Assembly: GCA_934793215.1 (NCBI GenBank)
Contig: CAKVOP010000002.1
Location: 193,859-257,858, forward strand
Source: an uncultured Clostridia bacterium
GTDB lineage: Bacteria; Bacillota; Clostridia; Christensenellales; UBA1242
DNA length: 64,000 nucleotides
Reading direction: 5' to 3'
Below are positions 18,523 to 26,847 of this stretch, piece after piece (positions within the stretch are counted from its first letter, which is position 1; each line of letters opens with the position of its first letter). Below the pieces are notes generated by a model that did no database searches, was not told the origin of the DNA, and worked only from the letters and a program-made list of their open reading frames with translations. Made by a program: the position numbers and the translations under genes.

Positions 18523-21195
18523 TTATTTCTTTTTCTTGGTTTCAATAATTGAACTTACATAAGGAAGTGCTCTGATTTGAACCATGGTTCTTGCAGTTGG
18601 GCTCGTGATAATAAATGCTTGTCCCACCGTTGCACTTACGATCTTATTTCGTTCCTCTCTATTGATACCACCCGAGTTTTTATAAAGTTCAACAAGGTCG
18701 TTAACATCATTTGGAGCAAGTGAGAAAATGATTGAATATTGACAAGCGTTAATAACCGCGGTTGATTGACGCTTAATTTCGTCACTACCCACGAAGTCGT
18801 TAATATTTTGAGTAATAACTATTTGCATTCCGCCATATTTTCTTATACGCTTTGCCATGGAAGTCATGAAGTTAAGAGCGATTGGGTATTTAGGGTTAAT
18901 GAAAATGTGTGCTTCATCGACAACAACAATAACTTTTCTGTTTGTACGATGTAGTTCATTGTAGTCCTTATTGTTAATAACTTCACTTTCAATATACTTG
19001 AATACCAAAAGCATTTGCGCTGATGTTAATTTATCATTATTCCCAGCAATTAACGATTGAAAGTTGAAGCAAACAAAGTTTTCGTTCGTTTCAATAGATG
19101 TTGGCCCATTCCATAGGTTTGAGTTTCTTCCGCCTTTGGCAAATTTTCTTATATATGCCTCTGCTATTCTTAAATTATTAAGCAAGAACTCCTCTTTTGC
19201 CTCTTTGAGTTTTTCTTGAATAATATCATACAAATCATCAAATGTTGGATAATCTGTTGGTTTCAAAAGTTTAAGGTCAGTTTGTTCGTTGATGTTAAAT
19301 CTATTGTAAAGCTCGAGGACGAGAGAGTTAACAAGTTCGAATGCATCTGACGAAATACCATCAAGAATTGTTCTAAAGAATTGTTCAAGGAATTGGAGGT
19401 GTTGGTTGAAAGAATCGTCAACCCTCTTCCTTTTATTGCTTTCATCTCCGTTGTCATCTTCTTCATCATCTTTGTCAAGAGCTCGAATAACATTAAATGG
19501 GTTTATAATACCTTGAAGAGAAGAACCTACATCAATAAGTTTGCCTTTTAGGTTGCTACAAAGTGAAGCGTATTCCTTTTCAGGGTCGCAAATGAATATT
19601 TTTGTATTGTCGGCCGCGAAGTTTGCAAGCAAGGTTTTGGTCGCATATGATTTACCAGAACCAGACTTTCCAATAATCATCATATTTGAGTTTACACGTT
19701 GAGCATTTCTTGTGAAGAAGTCGATGAAAACTGGGTAAGCGTTGTCTCCAATATAAAATCCCTTTTCATCTTGAAGTTCACTTGAAACAAATGGGAAAAC
19801 TCCAGCAAGAGTATAAGTTGGAATACCGCGTTGAAATTCTTTTACATTGTCACGCATTGAAATTCCACTTGAAATGAAGGCATCAATTTGTCTACCAAAC
19901 ATTTCTGTGTATTTAAAGCCTTCTTGTTTTAACACTGCCTTAACATCTTTTCTTGCAGCATCTTCACATGTTATGTAAGTTGAGACATCATAAAGTTGTT
20001 GGTTAGAGTTTTTTAGTTCAACAAGCAAGTTTCTCAATGTGTCAATGTGGGTTTGAATTTCTATTCTTGCACTGCTTCTACCTGTTTTATAAAGTTTCGT
20101 TTCCATATCCATGATGGCTTTATCGATTTTACGCTCACTTTCATATTTAGGCGCTTTTGAAAATTTCATCACAACTTTGGTTCTGTCAAGAAGGAAGAAT
20201 GACGCTCCCCATGCATTGCCAACTTGAAGTGGGTAATCAGTAATAGCAAATGTACGGTAGTTGTTGCCATCAATGTTGTACTTTCCAGATGAGAACTTGA
20301 TTTTATCAGGAGTTGCCCAATTTATGTATTCACTCATTGGAACACTTTCAAGTTCACGTTCATTAAATTGTCTGTTATAATTTGCTCTCAAAAAGATTGC
20401 AAGTTCTTCACCTGTAAGTCTTTTTGTGGTTACAGGAGTGAGGGCAGTGGCAAGACATGAAGCCATACCGCTTACAGTATTTTCAAGTGCCTCTTTATCT
20501 TTTCCAAGCACAACTATGTAAAAATAATCTTTATAGATTTTGTCAGTTCTATTTTTGTATTCGAGGAACTGTACACGCTCTTCAAATATTCTTGCTCTGG
20601 CATCAATTTCATCTTGTGACATTTGCTTGTCGTAAAGTTGATCAAGGAGTCTTTCATATTTTTTAGTTTCGTTATAAGAATAATTATCAAGTACCATTGC
20701 TTTGTTAATTTTAACAATCTCGCAAACTTGACTGTCATCAAGTCTTCTAATTGCATTTGCAAAACCAATATCAATAAGGTTGTTTTGGCTATATTCATTT
20801 AAAAGTTCAAACAGCACTGGGCTCACTTCAAGAACTTCTGCAAAATATTCTCCATAAGAAATCATTCTATCTTGGTAAATTCCCTCAAAAGGAATAATAT
20901 CTTTAATGTTTGGTTTGCCCTTGGCAGGATTTTTTTGATAAAGTTTTTTCTGCATCGAAAATCTTATCAGGTGTGTCATGGTAACATAAAGTCTATCACT
21001 ATCGGCAATTTTAAAGAACATGGAAAAAGCAACAATCGCCCAAACGATTGCAAGCCAAATGTGCCCCTCAAAGTTTGACGCAGCAAGAAGCACTAAAACT
21101 GCAACTGCAACGATTGCAATTAAAAGGTCAATCGCTGTGAAGCCACGCACAAATTCAAGTTTAACTTTTGTCTTTTTTGGAATTACTCTAACCAT
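18523..21195 (-). CDS. VirB4/TrsE/PrgJ-family type IV secretion ATPase fused to an N-terminal two-helix VirB3/PrgI-like membrane segment (orphan)
   Basis: 890-aa ORF. The N-terminus has two hydrophobic helices (FTAIDLLIAIVAVAVLVLLAASN and HIWLAIVWAIVAFSMFF). ATPase motifs are Walker A IIGKSGSGKSYATK, DPEKEY, Walker B VIVVVDEAHIF and IVITQNINDF, and overall length and layout are typical of VirB4. RBS GAGG lies 6 nt upstream of the ATG. Confidence 0.8.
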   Translation of the reverse strand: MVRVIPKKTKVKLEFVRGFTAIDLLIAIVAVAVLVLLAASNFEGHIWLAIVWAIVAFSMFFKIADSDRLYVTMTHLIRFSMQKKLYQKNPAKGKPNIKDIIPFEGIYQDRMISYGEYFAEVLEVSPVLFELLNEYSQNNLIDIGFANAIRRLDDSQVCEIVKINKAMVLDNYSYNETKKYERLLDQLYDKQMSQDEIDARARIFEERVQFLEYKNRTDKIYKDYFYIVVLGKDKEALENTVSGMASCLATALTPVTTKRLTGEELAIFLRANYNRQFNERELESVPMSEYINWATPDKIKFSSGKYNIDGNNYRTFAITDYPLQVGNAWGASFFLLDRTKVVMKFSKAPKYESERKIDKAIMDMETKLYKTGRSSARIEIQTHIDTLRNLLVELKNSNQQLYDVSTYITCEDAARKDVKAVLKQEGFKYTEMFGRQIDAFISSGISMRDNVKEFQRGIPTYTLAGVFPFVSSELQDEKGFYIGDNAYPVFIDFFTRNAQRVNSNMMIIGKSGSGKSYATKTLLANFAADNTKIFICDPEKEYASLCSNLKGKLIDVGSSLQGIINPFNVIRALDKDDEEDDNGDESNKRKRVDDSFNQHLQFLEQFFRTILDGISSDAFELVNSLVLELYNRFNINEQTDLKLLKPTDYPTFDDLYDIIQEKLKEAKEEFLLNNLRIAEAYIRKFAKGGRNSNLWNGPTSIETNENFVCFNFQSLIAGNNDKLTSAQMLLVFKYIESEVINNKDYNELHRTNRKVIVVVDEAHIFINPKYPIALNFMTSMAKRIRKYGGMQIVITQNINDFVGSDEIKRQSTAVINACQYSIIFSLAPNDVNDLVELYKNSGGINREERNKIVSATVGQAFIITSPTARTMVQIRALPYVSSIIETKKKK

Positions 21196-21335
21196 GGTTA
21201 ACCTCGCTAATTTATTTTACAACAAAATATATTAAAAATACAAACGAATAAACAAGATTTTACATAAAAATATATATATTTATTTTATTTGCAATTTTAC
21301 GCAAGGCATTTTTTAGGAAATAATTATTTTATTAT

Positions 21336-22028
21336 TTATTCGCTTAAAAATAAAAGCATATTCCCTTTCCCATGACTCAAGGCTTTATTTATTAATTTTT
21401 TATTTATTTTTTCACCTTTTTTTGCGATTATTTCATTATTCAACCCGAAGAGATTTTCTTTTAATGTTTTACCAATAACGCTGTTAATGTTACCCATAAA
21501 TTTTACAGGCTTTTGAGATGTAGAATTTTCGTTTTGTTGGGAAGAAATTTGTGTAATTTTTACTACCCGATTGTACGACTCGTTTTTTGGAAAATTCAAA
21601 CTTTTCTTTTGCTTCTTACGCTTCCCCACAACTACGCAACCTTCTCCCACTCCAACTACTTGTCTTACTAGGATTTCTGCCTTATCGCAAAGAATCTTTT
21701 TAACCTCTTTATGATCAAACACAATGTCTTTTATTACGCCCAAAAAGACACCATCGTCTGTATAAACATCTTTTCCTAATAGTGCAAAATTTGTCAATAG
21801 AATTAATGGCTTAATCGCCTCGGCACTTTCCACCACTATACAATCTTCTCCGCATGAAAAAATTTTATCCTCTTCAAGAATAAACTCTTCTTCACTTTCT
21901 TCGTCAACAACCACAAAACCTATAAAATGTTTTAATTGTTTATCAAATAATCCGTTTAAAATATAACCTATTTTTTCCCCTTGTAAAGAAATAATTTTTT
22001 TTGAAATAAATGATTTAATATTTTCCAT
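21336..22028 (-). CDS. Hypothetical protein, probably tandem PRC-barrel domains (YlmC/YmxH-like)
   Basis: 230-aa ORF on the same strand, 140 nt upstream of the VirB4-like gene. Two segments resemble PRC-barrel proteins (IISLQGEKIGYILNGLFD.. and LLGKDVYTDDGVFLGVIKDIVFD..). The assignment is by eye only. Confidence 0.4.
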   Translation of the reverse strand: MENIKSFISKKIISLQGEKIGYILNGLFDKQLKHFIGFVVVDEESEEEFILEEDKIFSCGEDCIVVESAEAIKPLILLTNFALLGKDVYTDDGVFLGVIKDIVFDHKEVKKILCDKAEILVRQVVGVGEGCVVVGKRKKQKKSLNFPKNESYNRVVKITQISSQQNENSTSQKPVKFMGNINSVIGKTLKENLFGLNNEIIAKKGEKINKKLINKALSHGKGNMLLFLSE

Positions 22029-22144
22029 ATTATAAAATTATTTTTATTATTTTTTATTATGACTAAAAATTAAAAAAGTATTTTTTTCGACATTTGTTTT
22101 ATCCTTTAAAATAAAGGAAAAAATTAAAATTTTCTAATTATATT

Positions 22145-22173
22145 TTGACAAAAATATATTTTTGTGCTAATAT
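22145..22173 (+). promoter_or_regulatory. Candidate sigma-A promoter of the DUF1858 gene
   Basis: TTGACA (22145-22150), a 17-nt spacer, then TAATAT (22168-22173), followed by RBS AAGGAG and the ATG at 22193. Confidence 0.5.
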
Positions 22174-22192
22174 AGCGAGGTAAGGAGACTTT

Positions 22193-22426
22193 ATGAAAAA
22201 AAACAACAAAGAAAAAAACGATAAAATCACAAAAGATATGGTTATTGATGACGTAATTAAACTTGATGAAAAACTTGGTGATGTTTTTATGGGATTTGGT
22301 ATGCATTGCATATTTTGTCATTTAGGTCTTGAAGAAACAGTTGAAGAGGCGGCAATGGTACACAATGTAGATGTAGATTTTCTTGTTGAAAAACTAAACG
22401 AAGTATATCGCGAAAACCACAAATAA
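22193..22426 (+). CDS. DUF1858-domain protein (hybrid-cluster-protein-associated redox disulfide type)
   Basis: 77 aa. ITKDMVIDDVIKLDEKLGDVFMGFGMHCIFCHLGLEETVEEAAMVHNVDVDFLVEKLN matches the characteristic FGMHCxxC...ETLEEAA pattern. Confidence 0.8.
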   Translation: MKKNNKEKNDKITKDMVIDDVIKLDEKLGDVFMGFGMHCIFCHLGLEETVEEAAMVHNVDVDFLVEKLNEVYRENHK

Positions 22427-22432
22427 AAACAA

Positions 22433-22464
22433 ATGGCTGTCATGCTAAACAGTCATTTTATTTT
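22433..22464 (+). terminator. Intrinsic terminator after the DUF1858 gene
   Basis: 8-bp stem ATGGCTGT / ACAGTCAT (one G-U pair) followed by TTTATTTT. Confidence 0.5.
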
Positions 22465-22548
22465 AAATTGACACAATTTTTTATTAATTTAAAGCAAAAA
22501 AAATCGTTCTTGTGTGAGCGATTTTTTATTTGCAAAATATCAAGATAT

Positions 22549-23661
22549 TTATTCACCAAAAAGATTTTCGTTTATCTTATTTAGTAATATATCAATCCCC
22601 TTTTTACTCTTTGTTGAGACAAGCACCTCATTATCTTTAATAAGTATTGGGTGCGTTATTTTATCACATTTGTTGTACACAACTATTCTATTCTTCGTAG
22701 CACCAAGAGAGTCCAAAAGGTCGTTGGTAACTTTCATGTTTGATTCAAATTCTTTAATTCCATCGCTTTCTTTATCAAGACTAATATCAACCACATGAAG
22801 AAGTAAGTCCGCGTCAACCGTTTCTTCAAGCGTTGATGAAAAGGCGTCGACAAGCTGGTGCGGAAGGTCACTAATGAACCCAACCGTATCCGTTAAAACA
22901 GCGTTTTTCCCCTCACCTAGAAACAACTTTCTAGTTGTCGTATCTAGGGTTGCAAAATATTTGTCATCAGCATAAATTTTTTCTTTGGTAAGTACATTTA
23001 AAAGCGAACTTTTACCTGCATTTGTATAACCTACCAATGCAATCTTTGGAACTGATGAATTTAATCTTTCTTTTCGTGTGGATTGGCGTTGCGATTTAAT
23101 TTTTTCAATTTGTTTAGATAGAGAATCAATCTCATTTTGCAAAATTCTCCTATCTAATTCTAGTTTTGTTTCTCCTGGGCCTCTCATTCCAACTCCGCCA
23201 CTTCCAAATCTTCCACTGCTTCCACTTACCGCCGAAAGTCTTGGCAAGAGATATTTGTCTTGGGCAAGTTTAACTTGCAATTTTGCTTCTCTCGACATCG
23301 CTCCTCTTGCAAAAATGTCAATAATAAGCCCAACCCTGTCTACAACTTTGACGCCAAACGCATCTGCGAGATTTTTCATTTGACTTCCAGAAAGTGGGTA
23401 ATCAACAATCACAACATCTACAATTTCTTCGCATTCGCTTATATATTTTTTTATTTCTTCAACTTTGCCTGTTCCAATAACGGTGGCCTTATTAAAGTCT
23501 TTTATGATTTGATAAAAATCATGTGTCACATTAAGTCCAGCAGAAAAACATAGGCGATTAATTTCGTCTAATTTTCTTTCTCTGCTATCATCTTTTTTAG
23601 TGCAAACCACCACCACAACGGCGTTTTCAATCACACTTTTTGTCTCTGTAAATTTAGCCAT
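22549..23661 (-). CDS. hflX: GTPase HflX
   Basis: 370 aa with GPGETKLELDRR, a G1 motif VALVGYTNAGKSSLLN and DTVGFISDLPHQLVDAF. Confidence 0.9.
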   Translation of the reverse strand: MAKFTETKSVIENAVVVVVCTKKDDSRERKLDEINRLCFSAGLNVTHDFYQIIKDFNKATVIGTGKVEEIKKYISECEEIVDVVIVDYPLSGSQMKNLADAFGVKVVDRVGLIIDIFARGAMSREAKLQVKLAQDKYLLPRLSAVSGSSGRFGSGGVGMRGPGETKLELDRRILQNEIDSLSKQIEKIKSQRQSTRKERLNSSVPKIALVGYTNAGKSSLLNVLTKEKIYADDKYFATLDTTTRKLFLGEGKNAVLTDTVGFISDLPHQLVDAFSSTLEETVDADLLLHVVDISLDKESDGIKEFESNMKVTNDLLDSLGATKNRIVVYNKCDKITHPILIKDNEVLVSTKSKKGIDILLNKINENLFGE

Positions 23662-23698
23662 AGCCTATTATAACAAATTTTTAAGTAAAAGCAAACTT

Positions 23699-24340
23699 TT
23701 ACGCCCTTAATATTTGTCCTGTTTGGACATTTATTAAAATATTTATGTTGTCTCCCACAGAATTAACAAAAGTAAACAGCCAGAATTTTTCTTTATTATC
23801 TTTTGACACAAGCACCTTCAAATAGCACTCGCCATCTAGTTCACCATTTTTCATGCTCGCTTTAAAATCATCTTTAAGAGCATCTTTTGAAATTGAAAGT
23901 GCCTCTTTATATCCAATTTGAAACTGTACTACTTGAAGTTCAACCACGCTTCCGCCATAACTAAAACTTATGCTGTCGCTTTCTTTCAATGCATAACCAA
24001 TGTCATTCATATAAATATTTGACATTGGATTAAAGTACAAAATAAGTTGTTTAGCCACTCCATTTATTATAATTTCTGTCTCGACCTGTTCTTCATTTTG
24101 AGAAGAATAAAGTTTTACGCAAACAAGTGAAAAATCCGTTCTTTCTCCGCTTTTCCCGTCTATTATATACTCTTTTTCTCTTTCACCAACAGAAATTGAA
24201 GCATCCATAAATTCATTTTCACCAGCAAAATATAAGGTTGTAATTTCGCTCATTTTTTCATTTAAATCAAGCCTTGCCATGCAACCAAAAAGAGCAAATG
24301 ACAGCAAAGCGACTGGCAAAAATGCAAATATTTTTTTCAT
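23699..24340 (-). CDS. Hypothetical lipoprotein
   Basis: 213 aa. The N-terminus MKKIFAFLPVALLSFALFGCMA carries a lipobox. No recognisable catalytic motif. Confidence 0.6.
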   Translation of the reverse strand: MKKIFAFLPVALLSFALFGCMARLDLNEKMSEITTLYFAGENEFMDASISVGEREKEYIIDGKSGERTDFSLVCVKLYSSQNEEQVETEIIINGVAKQLILYFNPMSNIYMNDIGYALKESDSISFSYGGSVVELQVVQFQIGYKEALSISKDALKDDFKASMKNGELDGECYLKVLVSKDNKEKFWLFTFVNSVGDNINILINVQTGQILRA

Positions 24341-24396
24341 AAAAACCTCTTATGATAAACTATGCATAAATAGGCTTTTTAATGATGAAATTAACA

Positions 24397-24663
24397 TTAT
24401 ATAACTACTTTTACCTTCTTTTTTAAATACTTTTCCTTTGTTGCCTTTCCACCACGGTTATGTTTATCTGCAAAGTTTTCACAAAGAATCCTGCTTATTT
24501 TATCATGCAAGTATGGGTTTATCTTTTTAAGTTTAATGGACACATCGCTATGAATTGTGCTTTTGCTTCTTCCAAAGATTTTTGCAGTTTTGCGAATTGT
24601 ATGATGAGTGGCAAGAATATGCTCCGCCTCCCTAGTTACCCTATCAAAAAGGTCTTCTTTCAT
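24397..24663 (-). CDS. spoIIID: Sporulation transcriptional regulator SpoIIID
   Basis: 88 aa. TIRKTAKIFGRSKSTIHSDVSIKLKKINPYL...HNRGGKATKEKY parallels B. subtilis SpoIIID (VRVIAKEFGVSKSTVHKDL..INP..RGGEATKLKY). Confidence 0.9.
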   Translation of the reverse strand: MKEDLFDRVTREAEHILATHHTIRKTAKIFGRSKSTIHSDVSIKLKKINPYLHDKISRILCENFADKHNRGGKATKEKYLKKKVKVVI

Positions 24664-24784
24664 GAAATACCTCCATGCTAATAATAACTATGAACCTTTT
24701 TGACAGAATATGACATTTTACGACAAAAAAAACTTGCTAGTGGTCAAAATGCCATTGCAAGCCTTTATTTCATGATTTTGTCAA

Positions 24785-25015
24785 TTATTTTGTATATTCT
24801 TCGATTGCTTTTACGATTTGTTCAACAGTTTTGAGTTCACTAACTTTTTCGTCAGGAATAGAAACTTTAAACTCGTCCTCAAGGCTCATTAAAAGTTCAA
24901 CGATGTCAAGAGAATCCGCACCGAGGTCTTCCATAATATTTGAGTCTTCTTTGATTTCGTCAACAGAAATGCAAAGTTGGTCAGCAATTAATTTTTTAAC
25001 TTTTTCTAAAATCAT
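24785..25015 (-). CDS. acpP: Acyl carrier protein
   Basis: MILEKVKKLIADQL..DLGADSLDIVELLMSLEDEF contains the DSLD phosphopantetheine attachment site. I placed the start at the internal ATG 25015, which has a GGAGG RBS, rather than at the ORF-track start 25066. Confidence 0.9.
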   Translation of the reverse strand: MILEKVKKLIADQLCISVDEIKEDSNIMEDLGADSLDIVELLMSLEDEFKVSIPDEKVSELKTVEQIVKAIEEYTK

Positions 25016-25137
25016 ACTTTCCTCCGCTTTATACATTATAGCACAAGTGAGAAGATAAGTAAACAAAAAACGCGATTTTTATCGCATTTTTGTTTTTGAT
25101 ATTTTTATAGACTTTTTATGTTTTTTTACTTGACAAA

Positions 25138-25701
25138 TTATTTAGATTGCAAATCAAGATAATCATTTGGGTCTACATATTTGCCATCTTTTTGCAATGA
25201 AAAGTGAAGATGTCCGCCAAGGTCCGCTTCCCCTGTTGCACTCTCTGATGCCGAACCAATTTTTTGCCCCGCACCCACCTTATCTCCAACTTTCACAAGC
25301 AAATTTTCATCAAGTGAAGAATAGATTGAGACAAGTCCACTCGCATGTTCAATTTTTATGGTATGCCCGTCTAAAATGTCATAATTAACCGCTGTTACTT
25401 TTCCATCAAGCACACTATAAACATCAGTTTTGTCACTAGCCAGGTCAACGGCGAGATGTGCCTCCCATTGATTTAATGTATCATTCTTTTGTAATTCTTG
25501 ATTTGAAAAGTCTTTAACAAGTAATGCTTCTTGCATAGGCAAAGCAAAGTTTAGGTTTTCTGTGCTTGTTTGAACCCCTTTACCTAGGCTCGCCATGAGC
25601 GTAAAGGTAAGTGCAACGACAAACACCATAAGCCCGATTGCGCAGTACATTCCGTAAGTCTTGAAAAACTCAACAAATCTGTTCTTTTTTTGAATTTCCA
25701 T
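25138..25701 (-). CDS. Membrane-anchored M23/LytM peptidase, SpoIIQ-like
   Basis: 187 aa with an N-terminal TM helix (YGMYCAIGLMVFVVALTFTLMA). The HxxxD motif (AHLAVD) and HxH motif (GGHLHFSL) are both intact. It lies one gene from spoIIID. Confidence 0.7.
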   Translation of the reverse strand: MEIQKKNRFVEFFKTYGMYCAIGLMVFVVALTFTLMASLGKGVQTSTENLNFALPMQEALLVKDFSNQELQKNDTLNQWEAHLAVDLASDKTDVYSVLDGKVTAVNYDILDGHTIKIEHASGLVSIYSSLDENLLVKVGDKVGAGQKIGSASESATGEADLGGHLHFSLQKDGKYVDPNDYLDLQSK

Positions 25702-25768
25702 TTTTTAACCTCCTGCCAATTTATCGACCAAATTGAATAATTTTATGCTTCATTTTTTACGAATTTTG

Positions 25769-26200
25769 TCAAAACCCAGTTACAATCATTGGAAAGCCCA
25801 AAATCGCACTTTTACCATTTATAGCAAGTTGAAAGTTCTCTTTTTTGCCATCTATAAGCAAGCATTTATCGTATTCTTTATAGAAGCCTTCATAAACGGC
25901 ATTCTCTTCAATATCCCTACATCGATAAATTTCATCACAAGATTTAGCAAATTTTGAAAAATCAAATTCATCAAAATAAAAAATCACGCTTTTACTTTTA
26001 TCAACAAAACATTGCCAAGTATTATCCGCAAAAGTGGTATAAAAATCATTCCCATTTTGTATGGAAGAACACCCCTCAATCTCTTTTTCTGTCACAAGCA
26101 CCACTTTATCATAATTTTCAAGATTAAAATGGTCTCGTGAAACAAGCGACACAGAAAGTAACATTATAACGCCACAAAAAAAGGCAATCACGTTTTTCAT
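25769..26200 (-). CDS. Hypothetical exported protein
   Basis: 143 aa with an N-terminal signal/anchor MKNVIAFFCGVIMLLSVSLVS. No recognisable motifs. Confidence 0.5.
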   Translation of the reverse strand: MKNVIAFFCGVIMLLSVSLVSRDHFNLENYDKVVLVTEKEIEGCSSIQNGNDFYTTFADNTWQCFVDKSKSVIFYFDEFDFSKFAKSCDEIYRCRDIEENAVYEGFYKEYDKCLLIDGKKENFQLAINGKSAILGFPMIVTGF

Positions 26201-26235
26201 GATAAAATGATTGCCGTTTTTTCATAAAAATTATG

Positions 26236-26802
26236 TCAAACCTCGTTAAAAAAAGTTGAAAAATCTATTTTCCAAAGATTTTCTGCGACATTTTTATCAC
26301 CAAGACTTTCTGCCAAAACAGTTAGAATGTATTTTTTATTGGAATAAAGTTCCTCATTCTCATCGAGAATGATATTGCTTGCAAAGGTTGTCTTGTTTTG
26401 TGGTGCAAGAGGTCCATTATAATAATAGTAACCATCTTGTAAATTATATTTCCAGTTTGGTGCGAGGTCAACATTTACATTTATAATTTTACTTTCGGTT
26501 GAGAAAATGTAAATTTTGGAACGCAAAAAGACTTCATTCTCTAATTCTAGATTTTTGACAAACAAATCTTGCTTCAATTTTTCTCCCGGAAGAAATGAAC
26601 CGTCGATATTCACCGACATGGAATTCGCTTGGTCTTTTCTCATTTCAAGTTGCATGCTGTCCCCTAGTTTTAAATCTGTGGGAAAAGAACCAGTGTTTTT
26701 GTAATAAAAACCAGTAAAACCTAAAATTACTGATATCACTAGTCCAATAGCAAGTGCCACGCATGAAAAAATCCAACCAAAATTTTCTTTACTTACTTTC
26801 AT
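26236..26802 (-). CDS. Hypothetical membrane-anchored protein (faint TasA/camelysin-like beta-sandwich resemblance)
   Basis: 188 aa with an N-terminal TM helix (WIFSCVALAIGLVISVILGFTGF). LPGEKLKQDLFVKNLELENEVFLRSKIY resembles the PGD..F.V.N.G....R motif of SipW-type exported proteins, but only weakly. Confidence 0.45.
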   Translation of the reverse strand: MKVSKENFGWIFSCVALAIGLVISVILGFTGFYYKNTGSFPTDLKLGDSMQLEMRKDQANSMSVNIDGSFLPGEKLKQDLFVKNLELENEVFLRSKIYIFSTESKIINVNVDLAPNWKYNLQDGYYYYNGPLAPQNKTTFASNIILDENEELYSNKKYILTVLAESLGDKNVAENLWKIDFSTFFNEV

Positions 26803-26847
26803 ATAAGTATTTTTGCAATTATGGCTTGATTTTATTCAATTAATTCT

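Noticed and set aside
7300-21195. Possibility that the ATPase and giant gene represent an intact ICE, prophage or genomic island.
   Set aside because: There is no integrase, recombinase, relaxase, coupling protein, tRNA target or flanking direct repeats that I could find, and composition looks like the surrounding core genes. At most this is a remnant, so it is treated as an orphan module in the findings.
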